From: Phoronis australis
Lineage: Eukaryota; Animalia; Phoronida
Direction: 5' to 3'
Length of the DNA: 64,000 bases
Assembly (NCBI GenBank): GCA_002633005.1
Contig: NMRA01000526.1
Coordinates: forward strand, 62,001-126,000
The position numbers and the translations under genes were made by a program. A model generated the notes under the pieces. It did no database searches. It was not told the origin of the DNA and was given only the letters and a program-made list of their open reading frames with translations. Below are positions 1 through 11,899 of this stretch, piece after piece; position 1 is the first letter of the stretch; the number at the start of each line of letters is the position of its first letter.

Positions 1-386
1 ATGGCGCCGGGTTCCACATCCGCGTCGAGCATTCACCACCACGCTCCTTTTGAGACCCAGACAATAGGGGGATCCCACTTCTCATTTTCGCGTGCGGCAA
101 CAGGCTTTGCACCCCATTTTGGCCATTAACCACCACGCTCCTTTCAAAACCCAGGGGAAACATTGTCGCTAACAGGCACTTGCCTATTAGCTGAATGGTT
201 AACACGCTTGCCGGTTTTATGGAGGTTATTAGTTCCATTCACGGGTCGGGTAGAATCTCCACTATTACTACAATACAAATTATGCTGAACAGATGAACAA
301 AGTAAGAGACTTTGGCCGTAAGAAAACATGTCTGTCAACAGACAATTCAAACAAATGGGCAAGTAAATCATAGGCCTACTGGAAAC

Positions 387-1102
387 CACAGGCGTCCTCA
401 GCTTCTGATCGTCCCCAACACACTATATAATACTACAAGGTATGACACTCCCGACCAGAATTCCATGGGCGCTTCACTTCAGCCGTTCTTATCAAACAGA
501 AAACTCAATAAATTTACCCAACAAACCATTAGCAATTTCAACAAACCATTAGCAATTGTTCTTTCTTCTAATACCTGTCTGTATTCTGCTCCTGCGAGAT
601 TGCAACAAATTCGCGGTCAAAGCACAAAAATGTTCCCAAAAACCCCACACATCGAGCCTCCTTGGACGGTTCGAGATCAAGGACGATACAAATTATCCGA
701 TGTGTTACGGATGGACGGCAATTGCCGGTTGATCACGGAAGCTTACAAAATGTCTGGAGTTATCGATCTCGTGACACTCCGTGACAAATCGGCAATTTCC
801 ATACCGTCCTTGACCTCAAACCGTCCAAGGAGGTTCGATGCATAGACTTTTTGGGAACATTTTTGTGCTTTGACCGCAAATTTGTTGCCATCTCGCAGGA
901 GCAGAACACTGTGAATGGTATAAGAAGAAAGAACAATTGCTAATGGTTTGTTAACCTTGTTTTGTGTAAATTTATTGAGGTTTGTGTTTGATATGAACGG
1001 CTGAAGTGAAGCACCCGTGGAATTTCTGGTCGGGAGTGTCATACCTTGTAGTATTATGTATAATTATGTATTGGGGACGATCAGAAGCCGAGGACGCCTG
1101 TG
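387..1102. mobile_element. Palindromic hAT-like MITE (CACAGGCG family) in PABPN1 intron 1
   Basis: TIRs cacaggcgtcctcagcttctgatcgtcccc / ggggacgatcagaagccgaggacgcctgtg, with arms inverted over ~300 bp. The 8-bp TSD is ctggaaac/ctggtaac. Confidence 0.85.
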
Positions 1103-1205
1103 CTGGTAACAGGGTTTTATTTAAAATTAAAAAATGAGATCTAACATTGCCTCGGAGCTGGGGAAGTTTCGCACTATATATTAGCAGAACAACGCTTATT
1201 CTTAC

Positions 1206-1364
1206 AGGGTCGTCCAAGTCTGCGTCTTCTGTTTGTATGGAATCGTCATGATCACCCGATTCGTGTTGATCGTCAGTAACATCTAAGCTAGCATCGGTAT
1301 CAAGAACTTCTGAGGTGTCGAACTCTCCGTAATCGAGGGCAGGTTGGTCTCCATTTTCTGCCAT
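1206..1364 (-). CDS. PABPN1: PABPN1 (nuclear poly(A)-binding protein) coding exon 1; the gene continues off the left edge of the window
   Basis: ATG at 1364 encodes an acidic N-terminus, MAENGDQPALDY...EDADLDDP, ending at a phase-0 GTAAG donor (1201-1205). DDP joins [18 protein letters not shown] (exon 2, seen in the paralogous copy at 24189), like human '[13 protein letters not shown]'. Confidence 0.85.
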
Positions 1365-3262
1365 CTTAGACCTAGAATCGAAAAAATATTACCTCAGTTA
1401 TAGACACCACTTTAAGTGTATCCAAATACAAATATTACTTGTACTCACAAACAGGTGAGAAATTGAGATGCGAACGATTAGTGAAAACAAAACTCGACTC
1501 ACCGTTATTTGAAAATGGCGACGCTCAGTACTGACCTCTTGTGGCAACACATTAAAGCATATTGCAAGCACTGTCATAGACACCGACCGTGTTCGAAATG
1601 GCTCCGTGACGTGAACAATAGACCAGGTACAACCAGCGCCCGGGGCTGCTCACAAAAACGTGTACATTTTTAATTTCCTATTTGTCAGAGCGAACAATGG
1701 CAATTGAGAATCTGAAAATGCATACAGTAATTGGCGCCCTTTTTCTAAAGGGGCCTGTTCGGTCCGCCTCAGTGTTTTGCCTTTGCTGTAATTTTCAAGT
1801 TCAGACTGGCCCGCTCCAGCAGTAGAGAGCCTCAGTGGTGAGCCGGGGAAACTGCAAAGCCACGGTTACGCAGATAAAAATAACTTTCGACCCAATGCTC
1901 AACTGCCGCTAGTGAAGAACTCAAGACTTTTGAAAGATGATAGGCCCTAGCTACTTCAATGCCGGAGGTGCCCATTACGCAGACGCATTTTCATGCACTC
2001 GCTTAAGAACATACAAGTCTTCGCGAAATTTCGCCATGATAAAGCTGACACGCGATCACACATATAGCTTTACCTAAGAGATTTAGTCTTGGGCGGTCTA
2101 AGGATCTCTCAGAGCCCATAGCTATGGCGGAACCGCGTCTCCGAGAGTGGACACCTGCATGGGCGCACTTGGCGAACTGAAACGGTCCGGCCCCGAGAGA
2201 CCAAAAAAACGAGAAAATGGGACAAATGCCCATTTAAGAAACACAGAGTGTTCCCGTTTTTTTTTTTTGCCCTTTTTTAGTCTGCCCGCTCTTTTTGGTA
2301 GCAAAAGGTCCACGACGTCAGGAATTCGAGCCCCTCCATTTTGAAGGCTGNTCAGTGGATGCGTGCATGGCCTGGAGGGTGATCAAAAGTACAGTATTCT
2401 CAGGGGTTGTAATTGGCGAAGTGTCCCTACTAATGAAACCGCGCCGGGTCGAAACCAGAATGAATTGCGCATTTATATAAGACATATGCGGTCATTGTCC
2501 GTGAAGAATTAAGATAAAAGACATATTAATAAATATATTCCACTATTCAACCGTACAAACGTAACATTCAAAATCAGATAGCGTTCTGCTATAACGTGTC
2601 ATCATGAACTCGATGTTAAATATCGCGTACAAGTATGCGACATCTCCCCTCTTAACTGACAAAACAAGAACTAGAAAACTAACGAACTAGCCTACAATTG
2701 GTGCACAAAACGTCCAAGAAAACTGAAATCATTGAAACGATTAGGAAATCTAATCTCTCGCCTAGGATGGGCTGAGGGTTCCGTCAGCAAGAGGTTTGAC
2801 TTTGTTGTCGCGATTATCAAGTGCTCTATAGCGGTGTCCCACGTCCCCTCTGCGCGGGGTCCTGTAACGAAACATCTATTGAAGGTTTAGCAACAGGCAC
2901 AGTACAGCTTTATTGTCGCGGTTGCTAGACGTTCTAGCCGATCTCCCTCGGGCTCCTCTATAGGGGGGTTTTGTAACGGGACATCTGACACTGGCTTTAT
3001 GTGCACCCTAAAACTAAGTTTTGTATTCTCCTCCAGTCTGACTGTCCAGGACCGTGTATGACCTTTCCCCATCCACAGATGTCACAACACTACGTGACCA
3101 CTTGAAGCCGATCTGATCGAGGGGTTCTTGAGGAATGACACGGGTTGGCTTTCACCTCTAACGGACAGGGATCACTTTTCGACTTGTTCTTCGATCACTT
3201 CAGCATATAGAACTGAACGCTGACCAGCCTGCTCAGAACGGGCTGTATCCATCACGTAATAA

Positions 3263-3567
3263 CAGGGGCGGATCCAGGATTTTGAGTTGGGGGTAGGGCA
3301 CTGGAACCAGAATTTCGACACATGCGCACGCCCAGCCTAAAAGCCTAAAATGTAGAGATGCAGGGTCTCGAATTTTTGGATTTGCGGACCTTTTGACTAA
3401 AAAAATAAATAAAACAGTAAACGTGGTTTATTCAGGGCCTATGCATTGTTTATTCCCCCCCCCCGAGGCCCCCTAGTCAGCAATTCGCACCCGAACGGCC
3501 AAATGGTATCTGGTAGAATTTTAGGGGTACATGGCCCCCTTGCCCCCCCCCCCTAAATCCGCCACTG
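3263..3567. mobile_element. MITE (CAGGGGCGGAT...ATCCGCCACTG family) inserted in the Gypsy
   Basis: Terminal inverted ends caggggcggatcc / aaatccgccactg with internal G/C runs. A relative lies at 42527-42914. Confidence 0.6.
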
Positions 3568-6500
3568 TATAAGGAAATGCATGGCAAGTCTGATTTGACT
3601 TTCCTGAGCAACATTAGCTCAGGCGGGGAAGGGATGCTCTAGCTTATCAGGGTATCTCGTATTATCAAAAGAATATCGTCTAATGCCAAGTCATCATTCG
3701 TTGACTTCTCCATGAGAAATTTTATCTTCCCCAACTTTCTCTCGCATCTACCATTCTGCCACTGGGAGTGGGGTGCAGCAGGCGTGTGTGGGTTATGTTG
3801 TACTGCATACACATTTCCTGGAACATTTCACTCATATACTGCGTAGTACCTTGGTCACAAAAAATCCGTGTTGGATATCCGAACTCGTTGTCTCTTTTAC
3901 GTGCTTCACGATGCTAGCTGCTTCTTGAGTTTTCAATTGCCTTGGATCCAAGGAAAACCTGTGTGATAGACGACAATGCACGAATAGGCCTATGTCTTCT
4001 GTTTGTGATGGAAAACATCCAGTCCTATGATCAGCATGGGCATGGTAGTTGTAACGAGGATGACTGTATCGGCTTTTTGCTTTGGTTGATTTTCCAGACA
4101 TTCTGGGCAAGTAAGAATCATTTTCTTTATCTGTTCCGTCATACCAGGCCAGAAGAACTTTTCTCGGGCTCTCTCAATGGTTTTCTGCACTCCTTGATGT
4201 GCTCGATGAAGCCTCTTCAAGAGGTATCCTCTCATTATTTGGGAATAACTATCCTGCATCCTCGGATTAAAAATCCATTCAGCCATGTTAAGTCGTGTCT
4301 GTAATTCTAGTAAGCCATGGTGTGGTCTGGCATTTGGTTCTTACTGTTCGGACCACCCTTTCAGTTCAACAAATGGTAACAATGCCATCAAAACCGGGTC
4401 TTTGGAAGTTTCAGCTCGTATATTTGAATGTCTGATCCAGTCGTAGTGTTTACTTCAAGAATTCCAACTGGCTGGTAAAACTGGTGCTTGCTTGGGTCTA
4501 AGCGAAACACATCTTGACAGACAATCTGGGACATGCATCTCAATTCCTTTCTTATAAACAACTTTCATCTCATAGCCGTGCAACATTTGGACTATACGTT
4601 GCAGCAGTGGGGGTATGCTGTGAATGTCTTTCTTGAACTAACGGCTGGTTGTCCGTGTGGACTGTAAACTTTTGTCCGTAGACATGCTACTTGTAATGCA
4701 AGACTGCCCACACAACGCTCAGCAGCTCTCTCTCTCTCTCTATTTGAATACCTGGTTTCGCATCGGCCAGGCTTCTTGATGCAAATTAATTTGCCTGCCC
4801 TCTTGAGTCAAACAAGCTCCCAACCCCTTTAATGAGGTATCACATTCAATTGTTATCTCTTTAGCTGGTTCAAAATACCGGAGGGTCTCCACCTTCAGGA
4901 CACATTCTTTCAAGCTACTCAGCATCTGTGTGTGTTGATCGGTCCAAGCGAAATCGTTGTCCTTTTTCAACAGCCATCTCAGTTCATGAGTCTTAGCAGA
5001 CAAGTTAGGAATAAATTTGCCAAGGTACGTAAAGCAACCCATTAAGGACTGCAATTGAAGCTTGTTTTCAGGGGGTGCTATTCTTCCAATAGCATCCAAC
5101 TTATTAGGAACTGGTTTAATGCCTTCTGGTGTACATATGTCATTGACCAAAGTAACGAAACTCTGACGGAAGTATCTTTGCTTTCGTTGGATTCAACCGG
5201 AATCCTGACTCTCTGCAGCGCTGAATGACCTGCTTCGGGGCAATATCATGTCCACGTCTCGTCTATGCTGCAATCAAGATGTCATCTGCGATGCAGTAAA
5301 CATTCTCCAAGTCTCCAAAGGTGTCGTCAATGGCGCATTGGAAGACATTTTGTGAGCTATTAAGCCCAAAGGGTAATCGCTGATAGCTGTACCTGCCAAA
5401 GGGACTGTTAAATGTAAGCAAGGGAACACTCTGTGGATATTCCAATATCCACATGACTGATCTAGTGCCGTGGAATACCTACACCCATTTAGTTGCGTTA
5501 TTACTTCCTCCAAGGTAGGAGTGTAATGGTGGGGTCTTTTCACAGCCCTGTTTAACGGTTTAGGATCAAGACACACCCTTAGCTGGCCGTTCGGTTTTGG
5601 GGTACACACTAAGCTGTTTACCCAGGGCGTGGCTTCCTGCTGCTTCTTGATAATTTCAAGCTCTTCCATACGTTTGAGTTCAATCAGAAGCAGTTTTTTG
5701 ACTGCAGGTGGTACACTTCTTGTAAAAACATTCTTGATGTCTTCAATAACCTGCTTTGTGGAGATAACTCTGATCTGCCCATCACGTTTGAAACAATTCT
5801 AGTTCCCTAACTTGGTTTCACTGATGTCAAAGTCACCGTCACAATCTTTGCAAGTACGGGGCTCATCGCAAAGTATTTTCACTATGTTCATTGCTTTGCA
5901 GAACCTCAACGACAATAGATTTTTTCCAAAATTTGAGACAAAAATGGTACCTTATATCCAGCGACGTTGTTGTGGAAAACATGACCAATCCAAAACTTGC
6001 CATGATTGGTGAAACTTTTACCACCATAACTAGTCAGTGCGACAGCAGATTTCCGGAGTTTCGTGACTGCATCGGCCCCGTACAGCTTCTTAAATGTGGC
6101 AATATTCAGGAGATTAACTTGGGCACCAGTATCAATTTTGCTCTTCAACTTAACTTGTCTCCCTGATGTCTCGATCCCAACAACAGCAAATTGAGTATCT
6201 GGCACAAGGTCATCATCAAAACGGATTTCACCTGCCTGGGTCTCTACAGTCTCAACTGACGCACTGTCATACTCGTCGTCAAACAAATTTTCCTCTCGAG
6301 AAGATTGATAACTGGCTCCAGCTTTGTGCAGTTGTTTCACATGCTTTCTTCTCTTTTCGGTTTCCCGCTTCTCAGGTTTAGTGTTGAGCTGACAGCACCG
6401 CTCAAAATGGTTCATCTGTTTGCAGCGGTTACATTTCTTTCCGAATGCTGGACAACGCTTTGGTGGGTACATGTATCCATATTTCGTGCAATTAATCGTG

Positions 6501-6651
6501 TGCAAGTTCGTCGAACTTCTTCAGTATTATTTGTGGCATCAGAACACTACATGATCTCCTGCCTCACTTTATCAACTTCTCGGGCGATAATTCTCCAAAA
6601 TCCACTTGGGCTCTAGATAACTTCTATATATATATTAGACTAATATTCAAC

Positions 6652-7766
6652 CACAGGCGCTTGGGTTTATCGCAAATGACGTCACAGTATATATATATAT
6701 AAGAAAACATAAAGGTTGGACACTTAAACTTTGCAAAGCCGAGGCTCCCAACTTCAACCGTCCAAAATCCAAATAAAATCTGCGTGCACCTCCCTCAGTC
6801 TGGTGTTGCATAAACCTTCGAAGCCTTATCTTTCCTAGATCCCATTAACTGTCTTCGTGAGTGGTGATTTGGCGATGGAATTTCCAAAACAATCTCAAAA
6901 CTCTGAATTCAAGGACCTGAAATAGTAAACATGGCGGATTTCTGTTGTGCTTCAACTTGTACGCCTGACGTAGGTGAAACTTCAAGTTTGAGCAAGCAAC
7001 CTATATTTCAAATTCAATAACTCTAATCCAAAACTCAACTAATTGAGAATGTTAAAGTTAGTATTTTAATGATTATTTGTAACTTTATTCCACTGACGGC
7101 TCATTTTAGCCCTTAACTTAGAATTTTATTGCATAAACTGGCGTATCTTGTTTCTCATCTTGACATCATGCACTTTTTTGATTGAAGCACAACACACACT
7201 CGGCCAGAAAACGCAGCCCGTGCAAGTATTACAATGCACGTGGCCGACGAGTTTCAATGGTTTTGGCCAAAATAAAACCTTCATAAGAAATCACAGTACA
7301 CAAAAAACTTCGCATATCAATACTGTATCAGGATAATTTATATTTGACACAAATATGTGAGTAATTACATTTATCTGGCAATAAAGTGCTCTCTTCTTCT
7401 CATGATCAAGTAGTCGATGGATTGACGGCGAAAGCCGCGCGAAATTAGACTTTCGGATTTAGCTCGGGAGCGTCGGTCAAAACCCGAATGTGCGAAGACC
7501 GTCTGCCATGACATCACGGAATCAGGTCCTTGAATTTGTGATTTTGGCATTCTTTTGGCATTTTTGTTGCCAAATCACCACTCGAAGGCAATTTGAAGAG
7601 ATCAAATGAAAGAAGGTATTCTAAGAGTTGTCCGATGCTACTTTCGTGGAGTTCCATGCACATTTGAGTAGAAAATTCTGAGCAAACAGATTTCGAGTGT
7701 CCAACCTTTATGTTTTCTTATATATGTATTGAGTGACGTCATTTGCGATAAACCCAAGCGCCTGTG
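6652..7766. mobile_element. hAT-like non-autonomous element (CACAGGCG family) inserted into the Gypsy LTR
   Basis: TIR cacaggcgcttgggtttatcgcaaatgacgtcac with its reverse complement ending at 7766, and a perfect 8-bp TSD tattcaac. An inner inverted repeat taagaaaacataaaggttggacac may be a nested element. Confidence 0.88.
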
Positions 7767-9411
7767 TATTCAACTACAAACATAACATCCAAAATCAGAG
7801 AGCGTTCTGCTATAACGCGTCATCATGAACGTGATGTTAAATATCGCGTATGCGACACTGTCCGAATTGCGGAAAATGCAGTTTGAAAATGTAAAAAAAA
7901 ATGTGCGTTCATATACCTACAGAAGTGACTTCCTGGACGTGGACTCTGTTTGTTACAAACTGAAATCGCATTTGGAAAAGCTGGTGATCAGACTTTGTAC
8001 AACATGTGAAAACAATGTACCGGAATTTTTCGTGGATAAGTCCGTGGGCGTGTATTCGGAAAATGAAAATTTTCAGGAGTTTTAATAACACCAATTAAAT
8101 ACCTGCGAATGCTCGGCCGTTTATTCGGAAATAGGGGGCGTGTAAACGGAAAGTCATAGTGTTGCTGACATCTTTTAATTAAAACTGTGTTTTTAAATTT
8201 TATGTTAATATATGCATAGTTCACCAACACCTTGTTCGCTTTTATAAACGATAAATAGGGCCTACATGCTCCACAAGCCTAATTAATATCACAAAAAGTT
8301 GACACTGAGAGGGCATTCAAGAGAAAATTTCCCGAATAAACGCCCCACTATTTGGGCACTTGACACCAGAAGTTGTAACACCAAATAAACGCCCGTGGGC
8401 GCTTCATCGGGTGGGCTTATCTACAAAAAATCCCGGTACTGATGTTCGCCTACTTTATGCCTGATCAATCCAATTGTTGTTTGAAAGTAGTAACAACAAA
8501 AGGTCGCAAGTCCGCCGTGAGCCTATAGTACTAAATGAGTTATTGCGGCAGCTGTGATCCGCTGCATTTTTGAAGAATGCTGCGATTATTTTTCAAATTC
8601 ATACTTAACGACCGTCGTCTCGAGCTACATTAATGATTTCTGTGCAAATCAAAATCTGAGTTACAAACGACGATGTATGATTATTCTTAGTGGCAAGACC
8701 GCACTTACTACCTTTGATAACATGTGTCCATGATGTTTTAGTAGCAGATGACGGAGAGCTAGGCTACAAGGCAACTTTGAATAGGACGCTTTCGTAAAAT
8801 CTTTGTTGAATGGACTGTCACTTGGACATCATCTTCGCAATGGCATGAGCTGTCTTACTACATCTCTTGTGGCGCTTTTCATTTGCCCATCTTACCAGAG
8901 ATTAGTATTTTTACCTTACTTATGCTTAGTCACTACCTACTACTTGTAATTGTATTAGTCATATATTGACCTTACTTGTAATTGTATTAGACATAATAAA
9001 CGACCTTATATCGCCTACCAAGGTCTTGGTTTCGTCTTTGGTAACGAGCTTGCGACGCACGAACTATTATATATCATTCGGGACATATGTCGATCATAAA
9101 TGGCATTTCACTCGTTAAATATATTTATGTGAGCATTTATATGGACCCGTCTTACTCCTTTCCCCCCTCAATTAGGTCTAGTCCATTAATTCCTTTGTGT
9201 AGGACTACTCGTCGTTCTCCCAGCCTCATTGGTCAATTGTTTGGTCAGCTCTGGGGCTCTCATAGGCTGATGATTGTCACGTGTCTTAAAATTTATATTA
9301 AATTTTTTGTTGTTAAGCGCAGTTATCATGTCATGTCATGTCATGTCACTCTGTACTAGTCTCTGTGATTAGCCAAATATTTCCAGCACTCTAGTCTCTA
9401 GTAGCAGGCCT

Positions 9412-9932
9412 ATTAGTAAAATTTCTTCCCCGTGAAATTTTTCACACTCCGACCTTGCGCATGGAAAAAGAATATATTTCTCAATTCTAACGGTAGGAAG
9501 TCAACAGAATTTGCTTGTATCCTTGTCTGTTAGGCCTATTAACTGTATTCAACGACATAAGTGTTCAAGATAAAATCGCAAAAATCATGTTACCAGTTTT
9601 CTAAATTATTGCTTTGGTTACATTAATTTGCAACAATAAATTTGTGTTAAATTTGTTGCTGTTAAGTGAGGTTATCATGCCATTCATTTACTGTCAAACT
9701 GTGTACTATTCTCTGGGGTTAGTAAAATTTCTTCCCCGTGAAATTTCTTCCCACTCTGACCTTGTGCATGGAAAAAGAATATATTTCCCAATTCTAACGG
9801 TAGGAAGTCAATAGAATTTCATTTTAGTTTGTGTCCATGTCTGCTATTAACTGACTCACGCAACCGTGTATTCATCGACTTAATGTTCAAGACAAAATCG
9901 CAAAAATCCTGTTAGGCCTACCAGTTTTCAAA
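9412..9932 (+). repeat. Direct repeat of ~200 bp (9412-9605 vs 9719-9932)
   Basis: ttagtaaaatttcttccccgtgaaatt...taccagtttt occurs twice with a few substitutions. Confidence 0.75.
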
Positions 9933-11299
9933 ATGCAATTTCTAGGTTTCCTTTCATCCAAATCAAAAATCCTTCTTTCTTATAGCCCCTCATGCATACC
10001 TTTAGTGTCTCTTGAAAATAGTGCATAAATATAGATTATTACATGGCTAAGTCGTTATCCCCAGTTATCTAGAGCCCGTCGCGGGGAGTGGATTTTGGAG
10101 AATTATCGCGGGAGGGGCGTTAGCCCCGAGGGTGATAATGCTACGCTGTAGCCACTATAAACAGTGACTGGAGGCACTTCATATACTGTCACCCATGCCT
10201 CCTTACGTACCCCATAACTAGCGTGCAATTCCAGGAACTAGCAGTGATTCCCCGTGTGCTGTTGTCTCTAACCCAGAGCCTGTAAGCAGCCCTGCAGCGA
10301 TGTTGAGTAGTGGGAGTGAATACAGGCCCAGTTTGACACCCAGTGAAAAGGACAGTTCGTCATCCAGTGAACAGATCGGTGAACCTAAGTTTGATAAGTT
10401 TATTTTGTTCTTGTATTGGAGCTATTTAGAAGGTGCCACGTGTGTGTCGAGGGAGTCGCGCGGCGGGATGTAAGCAGTTTGGGTGCTCAAGTCACCATCG
10501 GGAGTGTGTCGCGGGACACTCGGGCAAGTGGGACAGTTCTTCCTCTGTACGTGAGACGATAATGAGTACATCTCGGTAGGTAGCAACAGAGTGGCATGTT
10601 GACTGACTCGTAAACAAAAGCAAACAACGACCGCACTTATCACAAACGAGGTAGAACAATGACTGACTCGACAGCTCTCACATGCTGTCAGACTATAATG
10701 AAAAGAAGTAGGCGCGAAATTCTTGCCTCCCAAAACGTCACTCCCGGAGTAGACGACGAGTAATTAATTAAATTACAAAAAGCTGTAAATAAGTGAAAAA
10801 TATGTCTGGGATAATCAACGAACCCTATTTTTGCTAAAAATGACATGAAAAAAGGTTGCCTTCGCCTTTAAGTAGATGCATTTGAAAAGCAAAGTTTCGG
10901 AATCAATTTATCTGGTATATTTCTCAATAATTCAGTATCTAACATGACTGCTCATTCTAAAATATTGACTTGTTTTATAATCTGCCTATTTATGTTTACT
11001 ATTTTAATGGTACTGTATGTTACTACTTGTCTCAAAACATAACTCCATATGCCCATATATCAAAAACGGTATAATCCAGCTATGGGTGACCTTATGAAAC
11101 CTGAGCAGTCACTGTGTTCTTGCTGTATTTTCAAGACACTTCTATCTCCAACGACCATGTGCACAGGCGAAATTCATCAATATAAGCAACACTTAGTAAA
11201 AATGTCATGTCACCATGATTTGAACATAAACACTCAGCATAACTTCAGTGGCTGTCCTTGTAACTTCATGTAATTGCTGGTAAACCATTGTTAATGAAT

Positions 11300-11899
11300 T
11301 TTATAATGGGTAATTAAATCAATTTTTGGCCACAATAAGATCAAAAACCGGACAAACGCCGCACAAATAAAAAAGTTCATGTTCAATTCAACTCAACTTT
11401 ATTGAACAAGAGCAATGTTGTGTATAAGGTTGAATGTGACAACTAATGAATTCTACATAGGACTCACACAGAGACGCCTCTGTGAGAGGTTGAAAGAACA
11501 TCACACCTCTGAGAAAAGTAACGTATATAGGCATTGTATTAGCTAGAATCACCAAGACAACTCTGTTAGTATTATCTGCAGAGAACCCAATAAGGAGTTA
11601 CTGTACATTAAAGAGTCACTGGCCATTCAGAACCAGCATGCCACTGATTCTCTGAATAACATGCAGAGCTCTGTAACCCTGCAGCTATATGGTGATGACC
11701 AGCTACGGACCATATTCTATGTATCTCTCACTTCACTCTGTGGATGTTACCAGAGCTGTATGTTGGCACTTGTTGTCCTAAATTGTTGTAAATATGATCC
11801 TGATGATGTCTAATGAAAAGACGAAACGTTGAGTTGAATTGAACATAAACTTTTTTATTTGTGCGGCGATTGTCCGGTTTTTGATTTTATAATGGGTAT
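11300..11899 (+). mobile_element. Penelope-like element remnant (GIY-YIG endonuclease end with an inverted terminal repeat)
   Basis: It reads FYIGLTQRRLCERLKEHHTSEKSNVYRHC...ELLYIKESLAI. A ~58-bp inverted repeat lies at 11340-11398 / 11828-11886, and tttataatgggta is duplicated on both flanks. Confidence 0.85.
11795..11832 (+). ncRNA. Minimal type I hammerhead ribozyme (Penelope-associated)
   Basis: CTGATGA (11800-11806), T, stem II GTCT-aatgaaa-AGAC, GAAA, then a loopless palindromic stem III AACGTT. Stem I is weak. Confidence 0.65.

Larger units (their letters stand above)
2500..7857 (-). mobile_element. Degenerate Ty3/Gypsy LTR retrotransposon
   Basis: Short LTRs at ~2500-2642 and ~7767-7857 both end in gcgaca; the right LTR is interrupted by insertions. 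A polypurine tract (agaggggaga, 2643-2652) abuts the 3' LTR. Coding remnants: gag knuckle CNRCKQMNHFERCC, protease IDTGAQVN, RT LRVCLDPK/RLPFGL/CIADDIL, RNase H ECDTSLKGLGACL, integrase HRAHQG..CPEC. Many frameshifts. Confidence 0.92.

Noticed and set aside
312-1042. ORFs 312-845 (+) and 743-1042 (-) with similar peptides
   Set aside because: This is an artefact of the palindromic MITE arms, with no protein family signal.
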